From: Oscillibacter sp. | GTDB taxonomy: Bacteria; Bacillota; Clostridia; Oscillospirales; Oscillospiraceae | NCBI GenBank assembly: GCA_017482345.1 | Contig: JAFUNB010000011.1 | Location: 2,952-66,951, forward strand | Reading direction: 5' to 3' | Length of the DNA stretch: 64,000 nucleotides | Shown here: in pieces, positions 51,301-62,884 of the stretch | Position numbering within the stretch: position 1 is the first letter of the stretch | Layout: the number at the start of each line of letters is the position of its first letter | Notes under the pieces: generated by a model | The model's input: the letters and a program-made list of their open reading frames with translations, nothing else | Databases searched by the model: none | Told to the model about the DNA's origin: nothing | Position numbers and translations under genes: made by a program

Positions 51301-53832
51301 ACCGGCGTTGCCGACTTCGGCCTGGAGTTCGTGGTTGAGGAAGGCGTTGTCACCGGCCTGATCGAGACCGAGGACAGCGAGTCCGTCACCATCAGCAAGA
51401 ACGGCGACGTTTACACCGTCACCGTGGAGAACGTCAGACGTCCCGATGGCGAGGACGCCATCGACGACACCGCCGAGTTCACCATCAGCAAGGTGGAGAC
51501 CGGCAACTCCGAAAACGGTCTGGCCGGCGCCCAGTTCGCCCTGCTGACCGAGGCCGAGTACGAGAAGTACCAGGCCGGCGAGGAGTACACCGCTCTGCGC
51601 ACCGTCACCTCCGACGAGAACGGCCTGGTGGAGATCACCGAGCTGGTCACTGTGGACGACGAGGCCGAGAGCACCTACTACCTGATTGAGACCGCCGCTC
51701 CCACCGGCTTCACCGCTGATAACTCCGTGTGGACCGTGACCGTCGTCAAGACCGCCAACGATCCCGTCTACGAGGGCAGCGCCGACGAGGGCCAGTGGAT
51801 CGTCCACAAGAGCTACGCCGTCACCGACATCCAGCTGAATGGCGAGACCGTCCTGAACGAGGGCGCTGTGGAGATCAGCAACACCCGCAACAGCTACACC
51901 GTCACCGTGACCAAGCGCTTCAGCGGCAGAGCTGCTCTGCCTGAGAGCTTCCGGATCGTCAATACCTATGACGGCACCGTGTTCACCGTGGCAAACGCCG
52001 CCTCCGGCGACGGCGTCGAGACCCCCTACACCTGGACCATGGAGATCCCCTTCGATACCCAGGTGACCTTCTCCGAGGAGAATTACAACGACGTGGCCGA
52101 GTCCGGCTACTCCGTCGAGACCGCCATCGCTGACAACAGCGGTGAGAGCACCACCGACGGCGCCGTGATCATCCCCGCCAGCAGCGATACCACCGTGGCC
52201 TTCACCAACACCTACGCCAAGGTGTTCGACGAGGCCGGCGACGAGGTCAACGGCGACAGCTTCTCCATCAGCAAGACCGGCGACTACGAGGACGGCTTCC
52301 TGGCCGGCGCTCAGTTCACCCTGACCGACGAGAACGGCGTGGTCGTCTGGACCGGCACCACCACTTCCGAGGGCGTGCTGGACGTGGTCATCGAGGGCAT
52401 CGATGTTGTGAATCCCAAGGAGATCAGCGCCGAGGGCGAGAGCCTGAGAACCTACACCCTGACCGAGAAGGCCCCCGCCGGCTACACCGGCGCAGGTCCC
52501 TGGACCGTGACCATCTCCGGTAAGGAGAGTATCTCTGAGGATCTGAAGGCCAACAAGTTCTACCACATCTACGACTGGACCGTGAAGTCCGTGACCCTGG
52601 CCGGCGAGGCCGAGGATCTGCTGGCTGACGGCACCATCTCCATCCTGAATACCCGAGACTACGGCACCCTGACCATCACCAAGATCGTGAAGGGTCTGGT
52701 TGGCGCCGAGGCAAAGGCCGAGCACAGCTTCAGCATCAACGTGGCCAACGGCAGCGAGATCAGCAACACCTACGACGTGACCGTCACCGGCAACGACACC
52801 GCTTCCTACGCCGAGACCATCACCCTGCCCACCGGCGCTTACAGCGTGAAGGAGCTGGAGGCTCTGATCGGCGAGCACAGCGGCCCCGCCGTCACCTGGA
52901 AGGTGGACGATGAGGCTGTGGAGGCAGAGGACGGCGAGATCGCCATCGAGATCGTCAAGGGCGCTGAGACCGCCGTGGAAGTCACCAACGAGTACAGCTA
53001 CGATCCCGCCCAGCACATGGTTACCGTCAACGTGACCAAGGTCTGGGAGGACGACAACGACCGCGACGGCATCCGTCCCGACAGCATCCGCGTGGAGCTG
53101 AAGGACGCCGAGGGCACCGTCATCGGTACCCAGGATATCGGCGCCAGCGGCGTGACCACCTTCGAGTTCGATCCCTACTTCAACGAGTACAAGAAGGACT
53201 ATGTGGTCAGCGAGATCGGCTACACCGTGGACGGCGAGTACACCGAGGGCGCAGTTCCCGGCTACACCACTGAGGTGGACGGTTACACCGTGACCAACAC
53301 CCACGAGGTGGAGACCATCAACGTCAGCATCGAGAAGGTGTGGCGCCACAAGCTGTATCAGACCATCACCATCCGCCTGCTGGCCAACGGCGTGGAAGTC
53401 CAGGCCGTGGAGCTGGACGGCAAGGTGGACGACGTTGAAACCGAGGCTTGGAAGGTTTGCCTCGAGGGTCTGGAGAAGAACGCAGGCGGCGAGGCCATCG
53501 ACTACATGGTGACTGAGGCTTCCCTGGGCGGCGGCTGGACGTATGACCTGACCGAGACCGCAGAGGAGAACGGCGACATCCGCTTCGTGGTAAAGAACTA
53601 CCGTACTCCCGGCGGCAGCAGCGAGGACGAGGAAGAGGATGAGCCCATCATCGACATCCCCGACATCGACGTTCCTACCACCGACATCCCCGAAGAGGAA
53701 GTTCCCGCTGCCCAGCCTCCCAAGACCAGCGACAGCATGATCGTCTGGGTCCTGGCAGCAGCCGTGTCCGGACTGGGTCTGGTCTGGCTGGCTCTGGACG
53801 GCAAGAAGCGCGAGGAAGAGGAGGGCATCTGA
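42301..53832 (+). CDS. Giant (~3843 aa) cell-surface adhesin: signal peptide, Ig-like, acidic PAEEPEA repeats, CnaB-type and SpaA/prealbumin-like isopeptide domains, sortase-type anchor
   Basis: AAAGGAG RBS; hydrophobic signal ending ALA; repeated VTKVW.D.NNQDG.RP and K.D....LAGA.F.L...Y.L.ET.AP.GY motifs; C-terminal PPKTSD + TM + KKR. Confidence 0.9.
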   Translation: MENVMSKETRRIGKRTLAMFMAIVMCLSLLPVNALARNKDVELVVGETVKLSGIASSDNGEHEWSVEDESIVSVEDGYVTGLKAGKTTVTHGYYVEIEEEIEEVAEAPVEDPSEDPAEEPEVPAEEPEVPAEEPEAPAEEPEAPAEEPEAPAEEPEAPAEEPEAPAEEPEAPAEEPETPAEEPETPAEEPEAPAEEPEAPAEEPEAPAEEPEAPAEEPETPAEEPEAPAEEPEAPAEEPKASEPVDLGTESLILNSPAEDEVPAEEAEAPVEEPEAPAEEPEAPAEEPEAPADEPEAPAEEPEAPAEDPEASAEEPEAPAEDPVEEPAEEDDDDERSSGSSKHLVYCEETWTVVVTDPGAITGEETHEGVTVTVNAPSGAFPEGTELNIAPVEKEEPSLDEQIFNFFDKLLGNAAEMAQSAQEIEDPMEAVRSLLTETFEEIEEESNMVAFDITFTDPATGEELQPADGKTVDVEFTVAEDSALLADGPAALQVYHIGDDGAETIGEEVLTIPGEDVTLAVEAESFSVYVVTNLGSTSGAQVLTGTYTMQVGETLYVYASNAESDKGSWSSSDSAIATVERYREDNRRYATITAVAPGTVTISYSRGDQVRDSATILVEAPKGYVPVTVNVKYASGSNVNGASVALVDAEGNTYRGTTNSSGVATIYVPAYGEYEISATYTYENHGNTTTYAYSGEYNFVEGATSTTIVLEEIDTYAHLNIRVATATTGESTTMTVDSIVNNQVVVVNGASKETVSVSKNGDYEWRNMDVKPTEDTVFQFSVVMSDKKTYSIELSSDDVYPANTWFNDNSEGGLDSLATYLGVKVDESKGVNISGLSVFLVASLVCGAVGEVTEGNIGSYGGLDFVLNIATILKNATNVVQGTKTLEGRELTANEFEFQIDEYTSNWAEIKTDGYSETIKNKADGIVMFSALSYSQAGTYYYTVKEVAPGTPESGMSYDTTVYRIKHVVEASSSTSGSGTTTQTFTVDQTVYKQVNGSWTEVDAITFANTYNPTTNYTFSKVWNGTPESSISVTLTDGTDSYGPIVVNAASGTSGGYDYAVTGYGTRNWSITVSGLPSGKTYSVASENTIGSYTVTNNKAVIDDANYWVSAISGNTITNTRYNVVENQGAGSLTINKSDAAGPLSGVSFTLNGVTKATDSDGKVTFTDIPVGTYELTETAPTGYIAAGSWTVIVSKVADTTADQTTNDDGSITLTYNHTASVAVTGETLQNGALSVLNVSQTRDVTVTKVWSDANNQDGKRPASIQVQLKANGVNSGAPITLNADNNWTYTWTGLAKMAAGEEIQYTVVESGVPTDYTSSTSGDMDTGFTITNSYAPEQTSVSVSKAWDDANNQDGIRPASVTVQLKANNVASGDPVTLSAANNWGHTWSGLNKMANGAEIIYTVAETSEHDGYEMASITGNAADGYTITNSHTPAVTSVSVTKVWNDAENQDGIRPASVQVQLKANGEPEGNPVTLSTTLTHTWNNLPVNENGEEIDYTVEEVAVPSGYTKAVTGSAENGYTITNTHVPAKTSVSVTKVWEDNNNEAGSRPASVTVQLKAGTVNSGAAVTLNADNQWTYTWTDLDVYANGAEIAYSVDETSVPTGYEKTSVTGDASTGYTITNTLKRDGFTVNKVDANGGAALEGAVFTLTNSVNGKTYTATSAANGEAAFENIPYGTYTLVETTAPANYVASGTIWSVVIDGNGVTITKQATAVQKLVSFFSAGSDDFVINGETLTVKNTHEVGTLTIEKDATPAGEISGSFTFTVYSDAAGTQVVDTITVTANGSASSAMTLDTGVYYVKETALADQTNYDLSGTTYTVNGTSVSAENGLIPVTVTANATAAVVCTNAYTIKTGNLVIGKSVSGIETDEVFEIVVTLGDGSGSAVSVAAGETKAYTANGMYTFALAHDETATITGIPYTTAYTVVENKSDDFSYVVTGEVSANDGLTINAPSTTKIVGNEYVTSGFVVEKEDENGNGLAGAEFTLYTDAACTAQYGTAVYTTDANGFVLIDNLPEGTYYLKETDAPANYLAGENPVWQIRVDAEQTNVTEVTVEEDTSSDNIFAKFVKTIITFFKGSHSSFSVAEQDVTFADGSQLKTAVLTVENTLIDYSLTISKSVTGAATNRSYKFNVYAATANGEKGELVAENVAVAAGSSVTLSNKPADGEISAPKLVAGTYIVEEVTSDVAVANYTWTGVTFDSSTAVLTETQRTASVAAENSYTRDMATLIVTKSFSGPEALDDEFQISVKEGTVDYATLTVATATGTGTAEDPYTWQISVKTNVAYNVSESNYDQVGDWSWTSGTVSGSATVTEKNGSKTVALNNVYAHDQAGLTITKDVTGVLSETNVGRTFEFKVYKAGDRTTEIATVTLPENGNWSKTISVDNNTSYEIVETDGAVSGYVWTVANKTVSADVPVTGSATAAFVNNYEKDFNDGNDVIIGDSFAISKTDGTNALAGVQFALTDGDTEIWNGTSDSNGAVTVVIENSDIVGAKAETGATKTYTLTETAPEGYVGAGPWTVTLTCSKAESQQQAESGKFYHIYTWTVTSVTDAKGEQLGENGITVVNNLIMGTITVNKLVNGLPEDVKNANEYTFSVYNANEDLVDTLTVNADSGWADTTISLPYGEYTIQESNPGNETGYTWSGVRFDQQTVSIASQGQQIEVTATNTYTRDLGDLTVSKTVKIDALAAAKVSGKTYELTIAGPADANGAYSIGGEETVTFENGVAAITLTDGESITIENLPTGDYTVTEGDANVDGLNLAVTGSVNGGDAAVADNGLNVSVNKDAASTVAVTNTYTLGSDQDTARFTISKKNSDTNAALSGVVFTLYSDAECTKPVAGMTKTTDDNGQAEFVLGDELLNGESATFYLKETVPAGYVDNGTKWQIEISKTDADGNYSVELSRIESGLFYKLYHWFVSIVNKNAVWTENTLVISNEPIDYTINVVKVDENGAALAGSAFSLNDTAMTAVSGTDNQFTATVNYTVTPQLTVSETTVPTGYTGVADFGLEFVVEEGVVTGLIETEDSESVTISKNGDVYTVTVENVRRPDGEDAIDDTAEFTISKVETGNSENGLAGAQFALLTEAEYEKYQAGEEYTALRTVTSDENGLVEITELVTVDDEAESTYYLIETAAPTGFTADNSVWTVTVVKTANDPVYEGSADEGQWIVHKSYAVTDIQLNGETVLNEGAVEISNTRNSYTVTVTKRFSGRAALPESFRIVNTYDGTVFTVANAASGDGVETPYTWTMEIPFDTQVTFSEENYNDVAESGYSVETAIADNSGESTTDGAVIIPASSDTTVAFTNTYAKVFDEAGDEVNGDSFSISKTGDYEDGFLAGAQFTLTDENGVVVWTGTTTSEGVLDVVIEGIDVVNPKEISAEGESLRTYTLTEKAPAGYTGAGPWTVTISGKESISEDLKANKFYHIYDWTVKSVTLAGEAEDLLADGTISILNTRDYGTLTITKIVKGLVGAEAKAEHSFSINVANGSEISNTYDVTVTGNDTASYAETITLPTGAYSVKELEALIGEHSGPAVTWKVDDEAVEAEDGEIAIEIVKGAETAVEVTNEYSYDPAQHMVTVNVTKVWEDDNDRDGIRPDSIRVELKDAEGTVIGTQDIGASGVTTFEFDPYFNEYKKDYVVSEIGYTVDGEYTEGAVPGYTTEVDGYTVTNTHEVETINVSIEKVWRHKLYQTITIRLLANGVEVQAVELDGKVDDVETEAWKVCLEGLEKNAGGEAIDYMVTEASLGGGWTYDLTETAEENGDIRFVVKNYRTPGGSSEDEEEDEPIIDIPDIDVPTTDIPEEEVPAAQPPKTSDSMIVWVLAAAVSGLGLVWLALDGKKREEEEGI
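42646..43290 (+). repeat. 21-bp coding tandem repeat (PAEEPE[A/T/V])
   Basis: 18 units at 42646-43023 and a second, more degenerate block at ~43070-43290. Confidence 0.95.
46024..47180 (+). repeat. Four tandem CnaB-type domain repeats (~95 aa each)
   Basis: Recurrent SVTKVW.D.NNQDG.RP.SV.VQLKA...GYTITN with clear nucleotide similarity. Confidence 0.85.
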
Positions 53833-53875
53833 ATAAGACGCTGAACTCCTGACTTCGCACAACTGAATCCAACAA

Positions 53876-53912
53876 AACGGGAGGCCCGGACAGTTCGTCC
53901 GGGCCTCCCGTT
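53876..53912. terminator. Bidirectional terminator between the adhesin and the PAS protein
   Basis: aacgggaggcccggac-agttc-gtccgggcctcccgtt. Confidence 0.85.
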
Positions 53913-53916
53913 GTTT

Positions 53917-56193
53917 CTATTGTTGGCGCAGTGTGATGAGCAAGGTGCGGCTGGCCTTGTCCAGCCAGGAGCAGCAGAGGTGAACGCTGCCATCTCCCGC
54001 CTCGGATACGTCTGCTTCATACAGACTATGATGCTCCAGTTCGGAAAGGATGGTCTCCAGCCGCAGCGCGTGGCGCAGCTGGGCGCGGCGGGGGCCGGAG
54101 CTGTGGCGGCGGACCTGCTGCACAGCCAGTGCCCGATACACGGTGCCGGCTGGCAGGCGAGCGGAGCCGTACAGCCGGCACAGGCCGGTGTCCGCATCCA
54201 CGCTCAATACGGCGGCATAGTCCCGCTGGGCCAGCGCCTCCAATACGGCGCTTTGGTGGTGTAGAGCGTCCACATCCACCGTCCGGAAAAACACCTCGAT
54301 CCGGCGGCTTTCCGGATCCTCCGCCACCTCGGCGGTGGACTGCACCCAAATAGAGCCGCTCTCCAGCCGGAACAGGTGCTCCATCTCGTGGCGGGTGTGG
54401 CCCCTGTGGAAGGCGTCCAGCAGGGCGGCGTGGCTGAACTGGTGGGCGAAGGCGCGCTGCTGCTTCGGGTCGGGGATGTTGTCCCGGATGTGGCGCAGAC
54501 AGGCCTCGGCGCTGTTGCTCAGCAATACCTGCATCAGGTGGCGGCCGCTGCCCCGGGTGTCCAGGATCCGGTTCTCAGACAGATCCAGCCGGGCGGAGAC
54601 CAGAGCAGACCTGGCGTTCTTCTTGTGCTGCAGGGTCAGAGCCTTGAAGTGGGCCGCCGCGGCACGGCGGTCGGTGATGTCCTCCGCCTTGCCCAGCAGG
54701 CTGTATACGTTGCCCTGCAGGTCAAACAAATTCACCAGGGACATGCGGTACCACCGCCAGCCAAGGTCATTGTAATTGGCCCGGTATTCCAGCGTGCCGG
54801 TTCCGGGGCGGATGGAGGCCCGGCGCAGGGCCGTGGCCACACGGCTCCGGTCGTCGGGATGGACGGTAGGGGAAGACTCCAGCTCGTCCAGATAGGCCTC
54901 CACCTGACGGGTGGAGCGGTGGCCGCTCTGGTCATAGGTCTCCAGCCGGGCAACGCCGGTGGCGGGGTCATAGTCAAAGCTGACGATGTGGGAGCGGTTG
55001 AGCAGAAGGTCGCACAGCTCCTTCTGCAGCCGCAGGGCGTCCTCCGTCTCTTTTTCGGCGGTGACGTCGGTGCACACGGCGTACAGCAGGGCGGAACCGT
55101 CCTTCTGGGGCTGCCACACCGCCTCCAGCATGGCCCACAGGATGCGGCCGCCCTTGGCCCGCACCCGGCAGGTGTGGCGCAGGGGACGGCGGTTGACCCG
55201 GGCGGACAGAGCCGCGGCAGACAGGGCCTCCCGGTCATCGGGATGGATGCGGCTGATGGGGTCGCCCTTCAGCCGGCGCAGCAGCTCGGAAGGGGAGTAG
55301 CCCAGCAGATTGGCAAGGCGCCGGCTGGTCAGCAGGATCTCCAGAGTTCCCTCCGGCTGCTGGCGCAGCACGGCGCAGCCGCAGGGGAGGGAGTCAAACA
55401 GGACGGACAGCTGGCCGCTGGAGGATTCCAACTGGCTCTGGGCCTCCTGCAGACGGGAGCGGGTCTGGTGCAGGGCGTCCACGTCCAGCAGCATGGTCTG
55501 CAGCACCGTGGCGCCCCGGTCGGCGGAGAGCCGCTCCGCCCGCATCAGCACCCACAGGAAGCTGCCGTCCTGCCGCAGCAAACGAAATTCGTGCTCAAAG
55601 GGGCGGGTCTCCCGCACAGCGTCCATCATCACCTGCAGCAGGTCCGGCCAGTCGGCCTTGTGGACGAGAGTGGAGACGTCGCTGGCAAAGCGGTCCAGCA
55701 GCTCCCGGCGGCTCCAGCCGGTGATGGTGCACAGCCGCTGGTTGAAGCTGAGACAGCGGGGCGCGCCCCGGCCCAGCTCCAGAACGGCCATGGCCACCGG
55801 AAGACCGGTGGAGATCGTGTCGGGGCGGGCGTCGTTCCGGGCGTCCAGAATACAGCCCACCGTGCCGTACATGACCTGATAGACGGTGACGTGGAGCTCC
55901 GCACCGTCTGCTCCGCCGCAGGAAAAGGACGCGGCACCGCCGGTGAACGCCACAGACTGCGCCGGCGCGAAGGCAGACAAAAACCGCCCCGGCAGCACCC
56001 GGGAGAAGCGCTTGTTTTTTAGCTCCTCGACCGTAGTACCCAGCAGGGCGGCAGCAGATGGATTCAGGAATCGGCAGGTGAGATCCACCATGGCGCCGCT
56101 GCCGTCGGTCATGACGTCGGCCAGCAGGAAGGGGATGCGGCTTTGCCGGAAAGCGTCTGTGAATTTGTCCAAATGTTTGGCCACGGACAACAC
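53917..56193 (-). CDS. Multi-PAS domain protein with no recognisable output domain
   Basis: PAS signatures VHKADW, IHPDDRE, VHPDDR, EFRLLRQDGSFLWV, EYRA..WRWYR; start uncertain by a few codons. Confidence 0.8.
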   Translation of the reverse strand: MLSVAKHLDKFTDAFRQSRIPFLLADVMTDGSGAMVDLTCRFLNPSAAALLGTTVEELKNKRFSRVLPGRFLSAFAPAQSVAFTGGAASFSCGGADGAELHVTVYQVMYGTVGCILDARNDARPDTISTGLPVAMAVLELGRGAPRCLSFNQRLCTITGWSRRELLDRFASDVSTLVHKADWPDLLQVMMDAVRETRPFEHEFRLLRQDGSFLWVLMRAERLSADRGATVLQTMLLDVDALHQTRSRLQEAQSQLESSSGQLSVLFDSLPCGCAVLRQQPEGTLEILLTSRRLANLLGYSPSELLRRLKGDPISRIHPDDREALSAAALSARVNRRPLRHTCRVRAKGGRILWAMLEAVWQPQKDGSALLYAVCTDVTAEKETEDALRLQKELCDLLLNRSHIVSFDYDPATGVARLETYDQSGHRSTRQVEAYLDELESSPTVHPDDRSRVATALRRASIRPGTGTLEYRANYNDLGWRWYRMSLVNLFDLQGNVYSLLGKAEDITDRRAAAAHFKALTLQHKKNARSALVSARLDLSENRILDTRGSGRHLMQVLLSNSAEACLRHIRDNIPDPKQQRAFAHQFSHAALLDAFHRGHTRHEMEHLFRLESGSIWVQSTAEVAEDPESRRIEVFFRTVDVDALHHQSAVLEALAQRDYAAVLSVDADTGLCRLYGSARLPAGTVYRALAVQQVRRHSSGPRRAQLRHALRLETILSELEHHSLYEADVSEAGDGSVHLCCSWLDKASRTLLITLRQQ

Positions 56194-56361
56194 TCCTGAA
56201 AGAAAAAATCACTCCTATTATACTTCACGAATCAAGCCCTTGCAACAAAAAAGCAGGTGCTTCCTGCGAAAAAAAGAGGCGCCAATCCACTTTTTCGGAA
56301 ATGCACAAAAAAGCGGCCAATATCTCTCAAAAAAGTTTACTGGCGAAATGGCTGGAATTCA

Positions 56362-56390
56362 TTGACGGATAAGGAAAAAAACCGCATAAT
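56362..56390 (+). promoter_or_regulatory. Sigma-A promoter for carAB
   Basis: TTGACG-N17-CATAAT. Confidence 0.65.
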
Positions 56391-56442
56391 ATTTTAGAAT
56401 AAAGTAAAATAGGTGAATTGTGAGATATAGTAGGAGGCGGCT

Positions 56443-57506
56443 ATGAAAAAAGGATATTTGGTATTGGAAGATGGCCAGGTGTTCGAAGGAATTCGCTTCG
56501 GCGCCGAGACGGACAGTGTGGGTGAACTGGTGTTCACCACCAGCGTCGTTGGCTACATTGAAACCCTGACTGACCCCAGCTATGCCGGTCAGATCGTGAT
56601 GCAGACCTACCCTCTGGTGGGTAACGTGGGCATCATCCACGCAGACAAGCAGGGCGCCTGCTGCGTCAAGGGCTACATCGCCCGTGAGTTCTGCGATGCG
56701 CCGTCCAACTTCCGTTCGGACGATACGCTGGAATCTTTCCTCACCGCCGAGGGCGTGCCGGCCCTGTACGGTGTGGACACCCGCCAGCTGACCCGCATCA
56801 TCCGTGACAATGGCGTCATGAACGCCATGATCTGCAGTGAGATCCCCGCCGATCTGGATGTGGTCAAGACCTATGCCATCTCCGGCAAGGTGGCCGAGGT
56901 CACCTGCAAGGAGCAGAAAGTTTTCCCCGCTGAAGGCGAGGAGAAGTTTAAGGTCGCCATGATCGACTACGGCGTCAAGCGCGGCGTCATCGCCGGCTTC
57001 TGCCAGCGCGGCTGCACCGTGACTCTCGTTCCCGCCTCCACCTCCGCCGAGGAGGTCCTGGCCATGGGCGTGGACGGCGTGGCCCTGTCCAACGGCCCCG
57101 GTGACCCCACTGAGAACGAGTATCAGATCCAGCAGGTAAAGGCCCTTATGGGCAAGCTCCCCATGTTCGGTATTGGCCTGGGCCACCAGCTGATGGCACT
57201 GGCCGCCGGCGGCAAGACCGTCAAGCTGAAATACGGCCACCGCGGCGGCAACCAGCCCGTCCGAGATCTGAAGGGCACCCGCACCTATATCACCAGTCAG
57301 AACCACGGCTACGCTGTGGAGGCTGACAGTGTGCAGGGCGGCGAGGTCCGCTTTGTCAACCTGAACGACAACAGCTGCGAGGGCATCGACTATCCCGCCC
57401 GGAAGGCCTTCTCCGTTCAGTTCTATCCCGACGTCAACCCCCTGCCCAAGGACAGCGCGTTCCTCTTCGACCGCTTTGCGGATCTCATGAAAGGTGGTGA
57501 CCTGTA

Positions 57507-57507
<1 letters not shown>
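56443..57507 (+). CDS. carA: Carbamoyl-phosphate synthetase small subunit with degenerate glutaminase triad
   Basis: GELVFTT, LTDPSYAGQ, DTRQLT, LSNGPGDP, GHRGGNQP, TSQNHGY; but GIGLGHQ and QFYPD. Confidence 0.93.
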
Positions 57508-61544
<4,037 letters not shown>

Positions 61545-61554
61545 GCCAACCTGC

Positions 61555-61589
61555 ACACCGGCGGTCCAAACGGACCGCCGGTGTTTTTT
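61555..61589 (+). terminator. Intrinsic terminator after carB
   Basis: acaccggcggtcc-aaac-ggaccgccggtgt followed by a T-run. Confidence 0.88.
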
Positions 61590-61670
61590 GCGAAAAAACG
61601 GACTTTATCAACTGCTGTATCCATGGTAAAGTGGAAGTGGAAATAAAAACACGAAAGTGAGGAGCTGTTT

Positions 61671-62834
61671 ATGAACCCTATCCGACAGAAAGCCCATGAG
61701 ATCCGGGAGGATGTCATCGCCTTCCGCCGGGATCTGCATATGTACCCCGAGCTGAGTATGCAGGAGTTCCGCACCAGCGACCAGGTGGCCGCCATGCTGG
61801 ACAAGCTGGGCATCCCCAACCGCCGCATCGACCCCACCGGCGTAGTGGGCGAGATCCGGGGCCGGGGCCCGGGCAAGTGTGTGGCCCTGCGGGCCGATAT
61901 GGACGCCCTGCAGATCACGGAGATCGCCGACTGTGACTTTAAGAGCCGCAACGAGGGCAGGATGCACGCCTGCGGCCACGATACCCATACCGCCATGCTC
62001 ATGGGTGCGGCCATGCTGCTGAACAATATGCGAGACGAGTTTGACGGCTCCGTCCGCCTGCTGTTCCAGCCCGGTGAGGAAAACGGCCAGGGCGCCAAGG
62101 CCATCATTGCCCAGGGCGGCTACGACGGCGTGGACGCCGCCTTCGGCCAGCACGTCCTGCCCTGCGTTCCCGTGGGCCGCATCGGTGCGGCAAACTGCGC
62201 CGCCTACGCCGCCTGCGACTATTTCCGCATCACGGTGAAGGGCGTCACCTGCCACGGCTCCATGCCCCACGACGGCCGGGACGCCACCGTCTGCGCCAGC
62301 GCCATCGTGCTGGCTCTGCAGAGCATGGTCAGCCGGGAATTTGACCAGATGGAGCCGCTGGTGGTGTCTGTTGGCACCATGCGCTCCGGCACCATCTGGA
62401 ACGGCATCTCCGGAGAGGCCGTCATGGAGGGCACCTGCCGCTCCTTCAGCAAGGAGCTTCACGCCAGACTGCCGGAGGTCTTCAAGCGGGTCTGCACCCA
62501 GACCGCCGCGGCCTACGGCTGCGAGGTGGATATCCACTGGGAGATCCGGGCGCAGGTGCTGGTCAACGACGATGAGATGCGGGAGCTGGGTCTCGCCGCC
62601 GCCCGCAAGGTGCTGGGCGAGGGCGCTGTCATCGGTGCCGACCGGGCCACCGCCGGCGCGGAGGACTTCGCCGAGTACGGCATGCTGTCTCCCGTGGCCT
62701 ATTTCTCTCTGGGCACCGGCGGCACCGCCCCCATCCACAACGCCGGCCTGGTCATCGACGAGGACGCGCTGGAGATCGGCGTGGCCTTCCTGACCCAGAC
62801 GGCGCTGGACGCGCTGGAAAAGCTGAACGGCTGA
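61671..62834 (+). CDS. M20 family amidohydrolase (Acy1-like)
   Basis: PELS, RADMDAL, MHACGHD, FQPGEE, EDF motifs. Confidence 0.9.
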   Translation: MNPIRQKAHEIREDVIAFRRDLHMYPELSMQEFRTSDQVAAMLDKLGIPNRRIDPTGVVGEIRGRGPGKCVALRADMDALQITEIADCDFKSRNEGRMHACGHDTHTAMLMGAAMLLNNMRDEFDGSVRLLFQPGEENGQGAKAIIAQGGYDGVDAAFGQHVLPCVPVGRIGAANCAAYAACDYFRITVKGVTCHGSMPHDGRDATVCASAIVLALQSMVSREFDQMEPLVVSVGTMRSGTIWNGISGEAVMEGTCRSFSKELHARLPEVFKRVCTQTAAAYGCEVDIHWEIRAQVLVNDDEMRELGLAAARKVLGEGAVIGADRATAGAEDFAEYGMLSPVAYFSLGTGGTAPIHNAGLVIDEDALEIGVAFLTQTALDALEKLNG

Positions 62835-62845
62835 TCAAAGTACAG

Positions 62846-62876
62846 AAAAAAAGGAGCGGCGTCTGCCGCTCCTTTT
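62846..62876. terminator. Bidirectional terminator
   Basis: aaaaggagcggc-gtct-gccgctcctttt between convergent genes. Confidence 0.85.
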
Positions 62877-62884
62877 GCTGTTTG

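Noticed and set aside
41821-53862. 4013-aa ORF antisense to the adhesin
   Set aside because: Shadow frame: strong C/G third-position bias removes stops on the opposite strand; no RBS, no motifs, Gly/Val/Asp-rich mirror composition.
56295-56430. ARG boxes or a PyrR attenuator upstream of carA
   Set aside because: Only weak ARG-box-like matches (3 or more mismatches) and no PyrR-binding loop or terminator; arginine versus pyrimidine control cannot be assigned.
61671-62834. M20 amidohydrolase as part of the CarB-DapF system (e.g. N-acetyl-DAP deacetylase)
   Set aside because: Separated by a strong terminator, and family motifs do not specify the substrate; linkage is unsupported without synteny data.
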